Source: an uncultured Nitrososphaerota archaeon (lineage in GTDB: Archaea; Thermoproteota; EX4484-205; JAAOZP01). Taken from it: a stretch of DNA of 64,000 nucleotides. The DNA lies in assembly GCA_964416155.1 (NCBI GenBank), contig CAYQCW010000002.1, positions 44,748 to 108,747 of the forward strand, read 5' to 3'. Position numbers and translations under genes: made by a program. Positions 1 through 8,803 of the stretch are shown here, piece after piece. The notes under the pieces were generated by a model that did not search any database, was not told the DNA's origin, and worked only from the letters and a program-made list of their open reading frames with translations. Position 1 is the stretch's first letter, and each line of letters starts with the position of its first letter.

Positions 1-46
1 TAATATACTGGAGGAAAGTGAGCTTGACCGCTGGAGGAGCCGGGGG

Positions 47-358
47 ATGAATGCCTCGTGGCCCATTTTCATGCGCGATAGAAAGCACACCGGGAGGTCT
101 CCCCATGTAGGGGCGCGGAGGGGAAGGATGAAATGGAAATTAAGGTCTGAGGGAGGGGATCTTTTCATCCTTCGCGATAGGCAGCGACGGAACTATATAC
201 GTGGGCGGCGATGGCTCCGGGCCTTTGACCCGAGCAGGTCGGTGAAGTGGGAATATGGGACTAAGAACAGCGACAGCGCGATTTCTCCCATCATAAGTGA
301 GGGGGCGCACGGATATGGAGGTAAATGGGGTCGACATTACCTCTTTCTCGTAGAATAA
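47..358 (+). pseudogene. Frameshifted fragment of a PQQ-like/BamB-type beta-propeller protein
   Basis: Frame A reads WPIFMRDRKHTGRSP..G..KWK; a shifted frame at ~159-220 reads IFSSFAIGSDGTIYVGG; frame A resumes LRAFDPSRSVKWEY. These are PQQ-repeat hallmarks split across frames. Confidence 0.65.
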
Positions 359-506
359 ACTTGGCGAGCTCCTGCAGAGAATGAAAATCCCCAATGGGAA
401 CAACATAACCCTTGTGAGATTCAAGAGGGCAAGGCTTTAAGAGGCGAACGCGCACCTCCGTAGTTCAAGGCCAGTAAAACAATGTTCAAACCCTTTTCGC
501 GACGTG

Positions 507-1106
507 TTAAAGCTTGGTTCCATAACTGTTAACGAAGACGATGTCCTCAAGCCTTCGCTTGGGAACGTGAAGAACGCCATTCTCATCCCTCCAGTACCTC
601 ACGTCGTCACCCTTCATATCTTCGGTGACGGGCTCCTCAGCCCTGTATCCGAGGGCGACGACGAAACATATCCTACAATGTTCCGGTATTGAGAGGATTT
701 CCCTAAGCCTTTCACGGTCTATTGAAGCCATCCAGCATGCTCCAATACCCTCCTCCCAAGCTGTTAGAATCATGTTTTCTATCGCGGCAGCGCAGTCAAC
801 CTCTCCCCCCTCAGCCCTCTTCCTCGTGTTAATTGAGACGACGACATACGCGGTGGGCCTCTCGCCCTCTCTTGGAGCACCCGCTGGGCCAAGATACATT
901 GCCCATTTAAGCGTGTTGAAAACCTTGTCGAGCAAATCTTTCTCAGTCACTAAAATGTACTCGCAGGGCTGAATGTTTCCACCGGAGGGAGCGAGCCTAG
1001 CAGCATTTAGAAGCTTCTTCAAAACATGTATGGGGATTGGCTTCTGAAGAAACCTGCGAATGGTTCTGCGGCTTACTGTAGCTTCATACACGTTCAACAC
1101 TCCCAC
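507..1106 (-). CDS. Nitroreductase family protein
   Basis: RRTIRRF, ARLAPSGGNIQP, AAIENMILTAWEEGIGACW, C-terminal PKRRLEDIV. Confidence 0.93.
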   Translation of the reverse strand: MGVLNVYEATVSRRTIRRFLQKPIPIHVLKKLLNAARLAPSGGNIQPCEYILVTEKDLLDKVFNTLKWAMYLGPAGAPREGERPTAYVVVSINTRKRAEGGEVDCAAAIENMILTAWEEGIGACWMASIDRERLREILSIPEHCRICFVVALGYRAEEPVTEDMKGDDVRYWRDENGVLHVPKRRLEDIVFVNSYGTKL

Positions 1107-1162
1107 CCAGTGGTTTTCACCTAACCGGCTTTTTAAGGCTGCCGCCTCTACGTTTTAAACGA

Positions 1163-1321
1163 TCATGGAACCTTCATGACCCTAGCGTTGCGGATCCTCA
1201 CGATGTCCATGAGAGAAATTTCGAGAGTAGTACTAATGGCTCCTCCCCGTAAACTTTCTTCCTGTTCAACAGAGTTTAGCACGCTAAGGAATGCCTCCAG
1301 ATCCCTGCTTGACAACGACAT
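1163..1321 (-). pseudogene. Internally deleted, diverged copy of ybaK (52-aa open frame)
   Basis: Manual translation MSLSSRDLEAFLSVLNSVEQEESLRGGAISTTLEISLMDIVRIRNARVMKVP* matches the N-terminus (MPLSSSDLKSFL) and C-terminus (GGAVNATLEISPRDIVNILNAKVMSVP) of 1755-2228. Confidence 0.85.
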
Positions 1322-1403
1322 TTCCAAGAACAGTTAGAAAACCGGTTTTTATCATTTAAGAGGTATTTGTTAAAATGTTTAAAAACAAATAGCGAGCCAA
1401 GGA

Positions 1404-1497
1404 CAGCTTGGACATAGAGGAGAGGCTGGCGCTCGTTAAAAGCGTCGGCGAGGAGATTGTAACGCTGGAGGAGCTTAGGACGCTTCTTGAAACAAAG
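1404..1497 (+). repeat. 94-bp exact direct repeat of the tyrS 5' end (other copy 2306-2399); truncated ORF 1408-1506
   Basis: cagcttggacatagagg...gaaacaaag is identical in both copies; this copy then reads CAG GTT TAA. Confidence 0.95.
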
Positions 1498-1754
1498 CAG
1501 GTTTAAAGATAGCATACAGGGCTGTTCGCGTTTAACAGTCAGCATACTCTAATACCTGTTCAAGCCAATCCCTGCTTCTTTCAACCATCTATTCCAGATA
1601 CGGTATTCTGTTTTTTAAAGATTATTGGAGACTACGTTTCCCCTGTGTGTTAAAGGCGGGATGGAGGGAGCCGGCCTCAAGTTTAGGGTCGCGTCAACGT
1701 TCAATTCTGGCATCGCTCTCTGCCCAGCAGTTTTTTAAAGCTACTGGCAACGAA

Positions 1755-2228
1755 TTATGGAACGCTCATCACCTTGGCGTTGAGGATATTCACGATATCC
1801 CTTGGGGATATTTCCAGAGTAGCGTTGACGGCCCCTCCCCCCGCGTAGACCTTCTCCTCCATCAGTAGCGCCTCGTCAACCACAGCGGGCAGCTGCTTCA
1901 AATGACCAACCGGTGGAACGGCCCCCGCCTCATACCCTGTATGGTTTAAAACCTCCTCCCCAGTGGCTAACCTAATCCTCTGGAAGCCGAGTTTTTTCGC
2001 AAGCCTATCCTGGTTAACCCTGCGTCCACCTGGGACAACTATTATGAGCGGCTCCCCCCTCTCGTTGACGAAGACAACGGTTTTAGCAACCTGATTCAGA
2101 CTGACCCCTAGCTCTCTGCTGGCTTTCTCAGCAGAATAGGTCTCCCCGTGGAAAAGTATCCTATGCTTCACGTTCCGGTTTTCAAGAAAGGACTTCAGAT
2201 CGCTGCTTGACAACGGCATTTCCAACAA
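1755..2228 (-). CDS. ybaK: YbaK/EbsC aminoacyl-tRNA deacylase (editing) protein
   Basis: VAKTVVF, RLAT.EEV...TGYEAGAVPPVG, VYAGGG. Confidence 0.92.
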   Translation of the reverse strand: MLEMPLSSSDLKSFLENRNVKHRILFHGETYSAEKASRELGVSLNQVAKTVVFVNERGEPLIIVVPGGRRVNQDRLAKKLGFQRIRLATGEEVLNHTGYEAGAVPPVGHLKQLPAVVDEALLMEEKVYAGGGAVNATLEISPRDIVNILNAKVMSVP

Positions 2229-2309
2229 CTGTTGGAAAACCTGTTTTTATCTTTTAAGATACGCTGGTGCTAAAATGTTTAAAAACAAACGTTAAACCAG
2301 GGATTCAGC

Positions 2310-3398
2310 TTGGACATAGAGGAGAGGCTGGCGCTCGTTAAAAGCGTCGGCGAGGAGATTGTAACGCTGGAGGAGCTTAGGACGCTTCTTGAAACAAAGG
2401 AGCATCCCGTGGCCTACGACGGCTTCGAGCCCTCGGGGCTTGCACACATCGCTTTCGGCGTCTTCAGGCCGATTCTCCTCGAGCCTCTGATTAAGGCGGG
2501 GGTAAGGTTCAAGCTTTACCTTGCAGACTGGTTTGCCTGGATAAACAGGAAGCTGGGGGGCGACCTGGAGAAGATAAGGATCTGCGGAGAATACTTCATA
2601 GAGGTTTGGAAAGCCGCGGGGGTTGATTTCAGCAGTGTCGAAACAGTCTGGGCGAGCAAGCTTGTCGACTCAAGCGAATACTGGAGGAACGTGATACAGG
2701 TTGCTAAGCTAACCACGGTTTTCAGGGCTGAGAGAGCGTTGACAATAATGGGCAGGAGGAAGGGAGAGTTGAAGGACGTTGCCCAATACTTCTACCCAAT
2801 GATGCAGGTCACGGACATCTTCATGCTTGGCGCAGACATCTGCCAGCTGGGATTAGACCAGAGGAGGGCTAACATGCTCGCCAGGGAGGTTGGGCCGAGG
2901 CTGGGACGCTGGAAGCCTGTCGTGGTAAGCCACCACATGCTTATGGGTCTTCAAGGAGCGAAGGAGCCGGAGGGCTTCGACGAGGATAAGCATATAGATG
3001 TTCAAATAAGCTCTAAGATGAGTAAGAGCAAGCCTGAGTCAAGCATATTCGTGCACGACTCTAGGGAGACGATTTTCAGAAAGGTTTTATCCGCCTACTG
3101 TCCTGAGAGGGTTGCGGAGAACAACCCGATACTAGACTGGGCTAAACACATAGTCTTCAGGAAATTCAAGAGCCTACGCGTTGAGAGGCCATCCAAGTAT
3201 GGGGGGCCTGTGGAGTTCCACACGTATGAGGAGCTGGAGTCAGCATATGTCAAGGGTCTTCTACACCCGCTTGACCTGAAAAACGCCGTGGCAGACGTGA
3301 TCGACAGGATGGTTGAGCCGATAAGAAGGCATTTCGAAGAGGACAGTAGAGCCAGAGGACTCTATGAGGAGTTGGAAAAAGCGGAAATATCTAGGTAA
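2310..3398 (+). CDS. tyrS: Tyrosine--tRNA ligase (archaeal type)
   Basis: AYDGFEPSGLAHIA (HIGH-like), YPMMQVTD, GLDQRR, KMSKS. Confidence 0.97.
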   Translation: MDIEERLALVKSVGEEIVTLEELRTLLETKEHPVAYDGFEPSGLAHIAFGVFRPILLEPLIKAGVRFKLYLADWFAWINRKLGGDLEKIRICGEYFIEVWKAAGVDFSSVETVWASKLVDSSEYWRNVIQVAKLTTVFRAERALTIMGRRKGELKDVAQYFYPMMQVTDIFMLGADICQLGLDQRRANMLAREVGPRLGRWKPVVVSHHMLMGLQGAKEPEGFDEDKHIDVQISSKMSKSKPESSIFVHDSRETIFRKVLSAYCPERVAENNPILDWAKHIVFRKFKSLRVERPSKYGGPVEFHTYEELESAYVKGLLHPLDLKNAVADVIDRMVEPIRRHFEEDSRARGLYEELEKAEISR

Positions 3399-3443
3399 GT
3401 TTTTCATCCCAACGTCTTACGACAGGCAGCCGTACGACTATAG

Positions 3444-5546
3444 TCACACTAATTTTAGAAGCCTCGGCTTCTCAGCCACCTGAAGTATCGTTGAAAACAA
3501 TCCTTCAAACGCTGTCTTCACGCTAAGTTCGTGAGCAGGCTCGTTCAGCATAAATATTGCTGAACCATTCTTGGCGGAGATGAGCTCGATCGCGTGCCTA
3601 GCGAACGCGTATGCCTGCTCCATGCTGGTTGAGAGAATCATGTCCGAGACGTCGACAATAACCCATGTGTGCATCTCAGAATCCAAAGACCTATTGATAG
3701 CGTTAATCATCTGAGTTACATCGTCGAAAGAAACGCTTTCACCAGGCTTAGCGCCCATGGTTACCACTGGTATGAGCTTAACGTTCTCTAAAGTCGGTAT
3801 CTGAGACAATACGCCGCTCCCAGGTCTCAGAAGCATGACGCATCTTTCAGTGTTAGCATAAATCTCGCGCACAGCCTTAGCCACATAAGGCTCGTAAAGA
3901 TATTTCGGATTGTATTCGAAAAGTATTTTCTTACGGAGGAGCCTGTCGTGCGTCAAGCCGAACGCCTCGGAGAAAGCGTTCAGATCCTCAACACCACTGT
4001 CCTCCATGCGGACAAGCCTAGTTATTCGCTGCCTACCTATTTCCACTGACAGCCTATCAACCAAGGAATAATAGGTCCTCCAAACTCCTTTAACCCCAGA
4101 ATTAAGCATGAAGATCCTTCTCATTATGCCCAGATAGCTTTCGAACAGAGAAGCGTCTTCTTTCACCAGATAGCTTAAGACTGTTGATAGAAGCACGTTG
4201 AAGCTTTCCGTAACCGTTTCAAACCTCCTCCCATTGGGAAGAGTCTTAACATAAGCGATGGCACGGTCTATACCTATCTCCCCTTGTGTCGAAAAATCAA
4301 GATGCTTCGCCACATTCATGCTCCTCAACTTCTTGAAGAACTCGGGTGCGAGGGGACCGGCGATAAGCTTTCGAACAGGCAGAAGCAGACGCTTATAGAG
4401 GCGGAGAACAGCCTCCCACTCGGGAAGCCCCTCTAATGACATGTCGGGACTGATGTAAGCGAGAAACTCGCCTGAAGCCAACCCGTATATAACATCGGTT
4501 TTCCTAAGGTACTCCTGGCGATTCATAATGACGGTTTTGAAAGCCTCCTTATCCTCCGGCGACTTTAAATTGAAATACATGCTTTCAAGAACATTCGTCA
4601 ACTCGTCTGCAACGCTACTGGTCCAGTCTCTACTCTCGAAATACTCTAATGTTTTATCCAAAGCTTGAATGTGGTTAAGGCTTTCAACCTTCTCTGCGTT
4701 TAATATTATCCTCAACCGGTCATAGGTAACAACATCGCTGAGACGAGTCTTATCCAAGTATTCCAATAGGTTCATAGTCTTCAAACCGAGTTCATCAGGC
4801 GGAGCAACATCCAGTAGCTTGTTAAGAAATTTCTGATAAGAATCCGCCAACGGGTTGCCCATGCGTGATAACACCACTCCTCCAAGAGGCCGTATCTGGA
4901 AACCATACCAAATAAACATGAATGAAACGAAATAGAGGAGTCCCCCGATATGCGGGACATCCTTCCAAACCAACATCAGAACATTAGTAAAAATAACGCC
5001 AAGCAATTGGAATATAATGACACTCCATAGTATTAAGCTATACTTTCTACGTAACCAAGCCATAGCAGCTTTCTTTCTTAAATCATTTAAGTGAAATACG
5101 ATTAAAAAGCCATAGGAAAACAGGTAAATGAATACAAACACGCCTTCTATACTTGGATTTGCCCAGAACTTCCAACCATAGACAGACCATTCTAGGTTGT
5201 AAGGAATGAAGACGGAAACTGTAACAATGAGCATCGGTGGAATGATGTACATCCAGTTTTCTCCTTTTTCAGCCAGTGTCCGAACAAAGATGAGCAATAA
5301 CGCTAAAGAAACGAAATAAAGAGAATTGGAAAATCTGAATAGTTTCAGGGCGATGTCTGGATCAATGGTGTTTATGACGAGAAAATTTACAAAGAGGTAG
5401 GATGAAGAAATTACGCCAAATATGAAGAATAATAAATGTAATAAGGATTTTCGGTTTTTCAACAGAATGTAGAGCGCTGTGCCGATTGCGATGAAAGCAG
5501 AAGTGAAGTAGGTTAAAGACCAAGGCACAAAGTTCAGAGACGACAT
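3444..5546 (-). CDS. 7TM (HisKA_7TM-like) membrane sensor with helical cytoplasmic region and C-terminal inactive KaiC/RecA-like (DUF835-type) domain
   Basis: Seven hydrophobic helices in the first ~220 aa. C-terminus KKILFEYNP...VIVDVSDMIL...SAIFMLNEPAH...FEGLFSTILQV has a RecA-like pattern without Walker A. ATG at 5546 is preferred over 5576. Confidence 0.75.
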   Translation of the reverse strand: MSSLNFVPWSLTYFTSAFIAIGTALYILLKNRKSLLHLLFFIFGVISSSYLFVNFLVINTIDPDIALKLFRFSNSLYFVSLALLLIFVRTLAEKGENWMYIIPPMLIVTVSVFIPYNLEWSVYGWKFWANPSIEGVFVFIYLFSYGFLIVFHLNDLRKKAAMAWLRRKYSLILWSVIIFQLLGVIFTNVLMLVWKDVPHIGGLLYFVSFMFIWYGFQIRPLGGVVLSRMGNPLADSYQKFLNKLLDVAPPDELGLKTMNLLEYLDKTRLSDVVTYDRLRIILNAEKVESLNHIQALDKTLEYFESRDWTSSVADELTNVLESMYFNLKSPEDKEAFKTVIMNRQEYLRKTDVIYGLASGEFLAYISPDMSLEGLPEWEAVLRLYKRLLLPVRKLIAGPLAPEFFKKLRSMNVAKHLDFSTQGEIGIDRAIAYVKTLPNGRRFETVTESFNVLLSTVLSYLVKEDASLFESYLGIMRRIFMLNSGVKGVWRTYYSLVDRLSVEIGRQRITRLVRMEDSGVEDLNAFSEAFGLTHDRLLRKKILFEYNPKYLYEPYVAKAVREIYANTERCVMLLRPGSGVLSQIPTLENVKLIPVVTMGAKPGESVSFDDVTQMINAINRSLDSEMHTWVIVDVSDMILSTSMEQAYAFARHAIELISAKNGSAIFMLNEPAHELSVKTAFEGLFSTILQVAEKPRLLKLV

Positions 5547-5550
5547 GATC

Positions 5551-7161
5551 TCAGACCATCTGCAACAGATCGGCAATTTCCTGCCTTTCTGGAGGTATTA
5601 TCTTCGGAGGCTTCATCTGCCCCATTGGGAGGCCTTGTCCAGCTCTTTTCATCGAATACCTGATGAAAGCCCCTTTTTTAAGATACTCTACCTTAATGAG
5701 TACCAATGGGTCTTCGATCCGGTACTGTTTAACGTATTCTTTGAAGTAGTAGACAAGGGAATATAGGGCCTCAAAAATTCTTCTTGATGCTTCATCTTCA
5801 GATAACCCCCATGTGTTTTCCATCAGCACCAAAAGCTTCTCTCGCCCATCGAAGCTCTTTGTGAAAGCCCACTTGTCTGAAAGACTCAAGCCAGCTCTCG
5901 CCATGACCTGTGCCGCTATGGCTTCGGTTATTAAAGGATATCCCCCGACAAAAAGGACAGCATTCTTACGGCCCCAGAAGGAGAAGACCGGCATGCCATC
6001 ATCCCTGAACCCAACAACGTGAACCATATCGCCGGGCGTATATCTTATGAAGAGCCCGTTTAAAGCTGTTATTACGATCTCGTAGGTTTCCCCCAGTTTC
6101 ACATCCTTCAGCCCCACCAGCTCCTGTTTGTCGCTTAAAAACTCGAAGTAGCAACTCCTCAGGTTTGGCAGAAGCTGGTTTTTACGATCCGGGGACCCAA
6201 ACATCGGAAGCCCTAGCTCTGTAACGCCATATATGCAAAAAGGCTCAACGCCCAGCTTCGCTTTAAAGTAATCAGCATAAAGGGTAGTGTCTACACCACC
6301 AATCATAAGTCCTTTCAGGTCCAGATAGTCTCTGATGTTCCTAGACCTTCTAGAAAGCTTCGTGCGAGCCATTTTCTGCAGAAGGTAAAGTTTTGCAGGA
6401 GTAGAATCCACAGAACTATAATACTCTCCGTATAAATCCTCCGGGTTTGAAAAATATTCGCACATAAGGTAGACGCTCGGGGCAATACCCCCAGCCAAGT
6501 TCACCTTATGGCCTTTCTCAAGATACTCCAGAGCAATAAAGAAGCGTCTCCTAGCGTCTGAGACCTCGTCCATCATCTCCACCGGCGGCACGTCTACAAC
6601 TATGCCTTGAGATGCTTTCCTACCCCAGCCGGAAAGAAATGGGGCCGAGGGAGTGAAATTAAGCCCCTTGTCTCCAGGCTGGAATCTTGTGGTCCCCCAG
6701 TCATCGCTACACGCTAACAGGGTTGCGGCTATGACGTCTTTTCTATAGTTATCCCAGAAGAGGGAGCCGTGAACCACCCATTTAGGCTCACCCACGGTTC
6801 CTGTAGTCTTAACCGGGAATGAGAAATCCCCAATAATGTATTCCGAGAACGGTTTCGCCGCGATTCTCCCAATTCTCTCATAGTAGTCCCAATATAGTTC
6901 TCCAGGCATTCTCGGCGAGGTTTTCTCCAAGCTCTCTATTTTCCGCTTGAATTCAAGCAGCGCAGGGTAGTCATTGTAGCTCGTCACTGGAATATCGTTA
7001 ATCGTCTGAAAACCGTTTGGGCAGAGGGTTTTCGCCTGCACAGTCCTGCCCCACCTGGCGAGGTGCTCCTTCAAAAGGGCCTCGTTTATCTCAAGCTGTT
7101 GTTCAAAAGGCTTCTCGTAGAAACTGCAGTACTCCCGCCATAGGTCGACACTGCTAGCCAA
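5551..7161 (-). CDS. GH3 family acyl-acid amido synthetase (adenylate-forming)
   Basis: PVTSYNDY; motif I KTTGTVGEPK; motif II IYGVTE; motif III GLFIRYTPGD; terminal GQMKPPKI. Confidence 0.88.
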   Translation of the reverse strand: MASSVDLWREYCSFYEKPFEQQLEINEALLKEHLARWGRTVQAKTLCPNGFQTINDIPVTSYNDYPALLEFKRKIESLEKTSPRMPGELYWDYYERIGRIAAKPFSEYIIGDFSFPVKTTGTVGEPKWVVHGSLFWDNYRKDVIAATLLACSDDWGTTRFQPGDKGLNFTPSAPFLSGWGRKASQGIVVDVPPVEMMDEVSDARRRFFIALEYLEKGHKVNLAGGIAPSVYLMCEYFSNPEDLYGEYYSSVDSTPAKLYLLQKMARTKLSRRSRNIRDYLDLKGLMIGGVDTTLYADYFKAKLGVEPFCIYGVTELGLPMFGSPDRKNQLLPNLRSCYFEFLSDKQELVGLKDVKLGETYEIVITALNGLFIRYTPGDMVHVVGFRDDGMPVFSFWGRKNAVLFVGGYPLITEAIAAQVMARAGLSLSDKWAFTKSFDGREKLLVLMENTWGLSEDEASRRIFEALYSLVYYFKEYVKQYRIEDPLVLIKVEYLKKGAFIRYSMKRAGQGLPMGQMKPPKIIPPERQEIADLLQMV

Positions 7162-7189
7162 AGTAAGTCTCCTTTTTCATCTTCACCGG

Positions 7190-7207
7190 ACTCTTAAAGC
7201 TTTTTCG
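7190..7207 (-). promoter_or_regulatory. Putative BRE/TATA promoter of the GH3 gene
   Basis: Minus strand reads cgaaaaagctttaagag about 35 nt upstream of the start; SD-like aggaga lies just before the TTG. Confidence 0.45.
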
Positions 7208-7274
7208 CCTGCCCCCCACAGGATGATAGAGAACCTGTTCATAGACAAGGCTCTGCAAAGACTGCACGCTCGAA

Positions 7275-7964
7275 TCATCGGATCTCGGGATAGAGGTCTA
7301 GGACTATTCCTGAGCCCTTGTCTACGTGGAGCCTGTAATACCTGGTGTCATGGTTCGTAGCCCTCATTTTAAGTATCATCAGCCTCTTGTCAAGCCTGTT
7401 TCCAACCACCACCGACTCCATTATTATGATCCCGTCTGACACGAATTCCTCCACTCCTAAGCCTATTCCCCTGCTTCCCCAAGGGTTCTCCGTAACCATT
7501 AACGTCGTGCAACCCAGGTTTTTCAGCATCCTGGCGAGAAGGTTTACGACCGCCCTAACCTCTGATTTCCTGCTTAAAGCCATGTTTAGGGCTGAGACAG
7601 AGTCTACAACAACCCTGTCCGCCTTAAACTTCCTAGCCTCGTCCACTATTAGGCTGACAACGTCTTCAACACTGATCTTAGCCATCGTCGGGAACTCCAC
7701 TATCTTAACCATGCCTTTCTCCTCAAGCTTTGAAAAGTCCCATCCTAGGCTAACCATGTCTGCTTTAAAATGCTCCCTGGTCTCGCTCATGCAGATGTAG
7801 AGGCCTTTCTCACCGTATAGCGAGGCCCCGTTATATATGAACTGGGCTGAGAGAATGGTTTTGCCTACTCCAGCGTTTCCGGCGACGATTATCAGCCCGC
7901 CCCTGGGTACTCCCCCCTTTATGAGGCCGTCGAGCTCGCCTATTCCGAAGGGTACTCTCTCCAT
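7275..7964 (-). CDS. Single-domain KaiC/RAD55-like RecA-family ATPase
   Basis: RVPFGIGELDGLIKGGVP, Walker A GNAGVGKT, Walker B VVVDS, EEFVSDGII, LKMRATNH. Confidence 0.93.
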   Translation of the reverse strand: MERVPFGIGELDGLIKGGVPRGGLIIVAGNAGVGKTILSAQFIYNGASLYGEKGLYICMSETREHFKADMVSLGWDFSKLEEKGMVKIVEFPTMAKISVEDVVSLIVDEARKFKADRVVVDSVSALNMALSRKSEVRAVVNLLARMLKNLGCTTLMVTENPWGSRGIGLGVEEFVSDGIIIMESVVVGNRLDKRLMILKMRATNHDTRYYRLHVDKGSGIVLDLYPEIR

Positions 7965-7967
7965 GGC

Positions 7968-8591
7968 TCAAACCTCCGAAAGTATTTCCGAGAACTTCAT
8001 CAGTATTACGCTGCTGTCCTCGGTTAAGGATGATATTTCCACGCTTCCACTCGTCAGGGATTCGAGCAGCTGTGTCAGAATGCCTCTGAACATGAACCGG
8101 TTTATCCTGAGGTTGTTTAAAGCAGCCTTTATTGCCCCGCTCCCCACTCTTTCAAAGAGAACGCTCCCCCATCCTCTTAGAACACATATTTTTGAAAGGT
8201 TTGTTAGAAAGTCTTCAATAGAAGTTTTGCCGCCGGTCATCTCCTTGATCTCTTCAAACAACGCTCGTCCAGCTCCCTTCCCGGCGTAGAAGAATATGAC
8301 GTCTGAGGCGGTGTAATACATTGTTTTGAAGGATTTTTCAAACTCGCTCCACTCCGCGGGTGAAAACTTGAACTCAACAGTGTCGTTCGAGCTGAACAGG
8401 AGGCTCCTAGCATGGTCGCTTAAAACAGGCTGGTAGCCGAGTATTACTCCCTCACTCTCCATCCTGTTTATCCTGCGGGCGATCGTCCGGTCTGATACTT
8501 CAAGACGCTTAGCGATGTCGCGGTAGCTCTGCTTAGGGTTGCTGCAAAGTATGCGGAGTATCTCTAAATCCAGCTTGTCCAGCAGGTCCAT
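7968..8591 (-). CDS. Lrp/AsnC-type HTH regulator fused to a V4R-like ligand-binding domain
   Basis: LDKLDLEILRIL...SYRDIAKRLEVSDRTIARRINRMESEGVILGY. C-terminus FFYAGKGAG...RGWG...FRGILTQLLE is V4R-like rather than RAM. ATG 8591 lies ~27 nt after a TATA. Confidence 0.8.
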   Translation of the reverse strand: MDLLDKLDLEILRILCSNPKQSYRDIAKRLEVSDRTIARRINRMESEGVILGYQPVLSDHARSLLFSSNDTVEFKFSPAEWSEFEKSFKTMYYTASDVIFFYAGKGAGRALFEEIKEMTGGKTSIEDFLTNLSKICVLRGWGSVLFERVGSGAIKAALNNLRINRFMFRGILTQLLESLTSGSVEISSLTEDSSVILMKFSEILSEV

Positions 8592-8616
8592 TTTACATTC
8601 TTGGGATGCAGGCCCC

Positions 8617-8770
8617 AAATATATACTTTTCGATAAACGTAATTTTTTACTATACTCGACATTTCTAAATTACAATTCTCGACAAGGTTTTGCCAGCAGG
8701 CGTTTCCCGACAAAAATATTTAAAAACGACATTAACAATATCCCTAATGCGAAAAAAATTTTCGGCAACC
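8617..8770 (-). promoter_or_regulatory. Promoter (BRE-TATA cgaaaagtatata) with upstream CGACA/TGTCG repeat array
   Basis: CGACA at 8657, 8680, 8708, 8727; near matches at 8631, 8750, 8763; AT-rich intergenic DNA. Confidence 0.5.
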
Positions 8771-8803
8771 GTTTTGTAAGTAATTTTCTGAAAATACATC
8801 GGC

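Noticed and set aside
452-495. tRNA-like words (ccgtagttcaagg...gttcaaaccc)
   Set aside because: Too short; no anticodon arm or matching acceptor stem.
1276-1545. 89-aa minus-strand ORF
   Set aside because: Antisense shadow of the duplicated tyrS 5' end and promoter.
7275-7964. KaiC as a circadian clock protein
   Set aside because: Single domain, no kaiA/kaiB, and EEFVSD in place of the Ser/Thr phosphosite motif.
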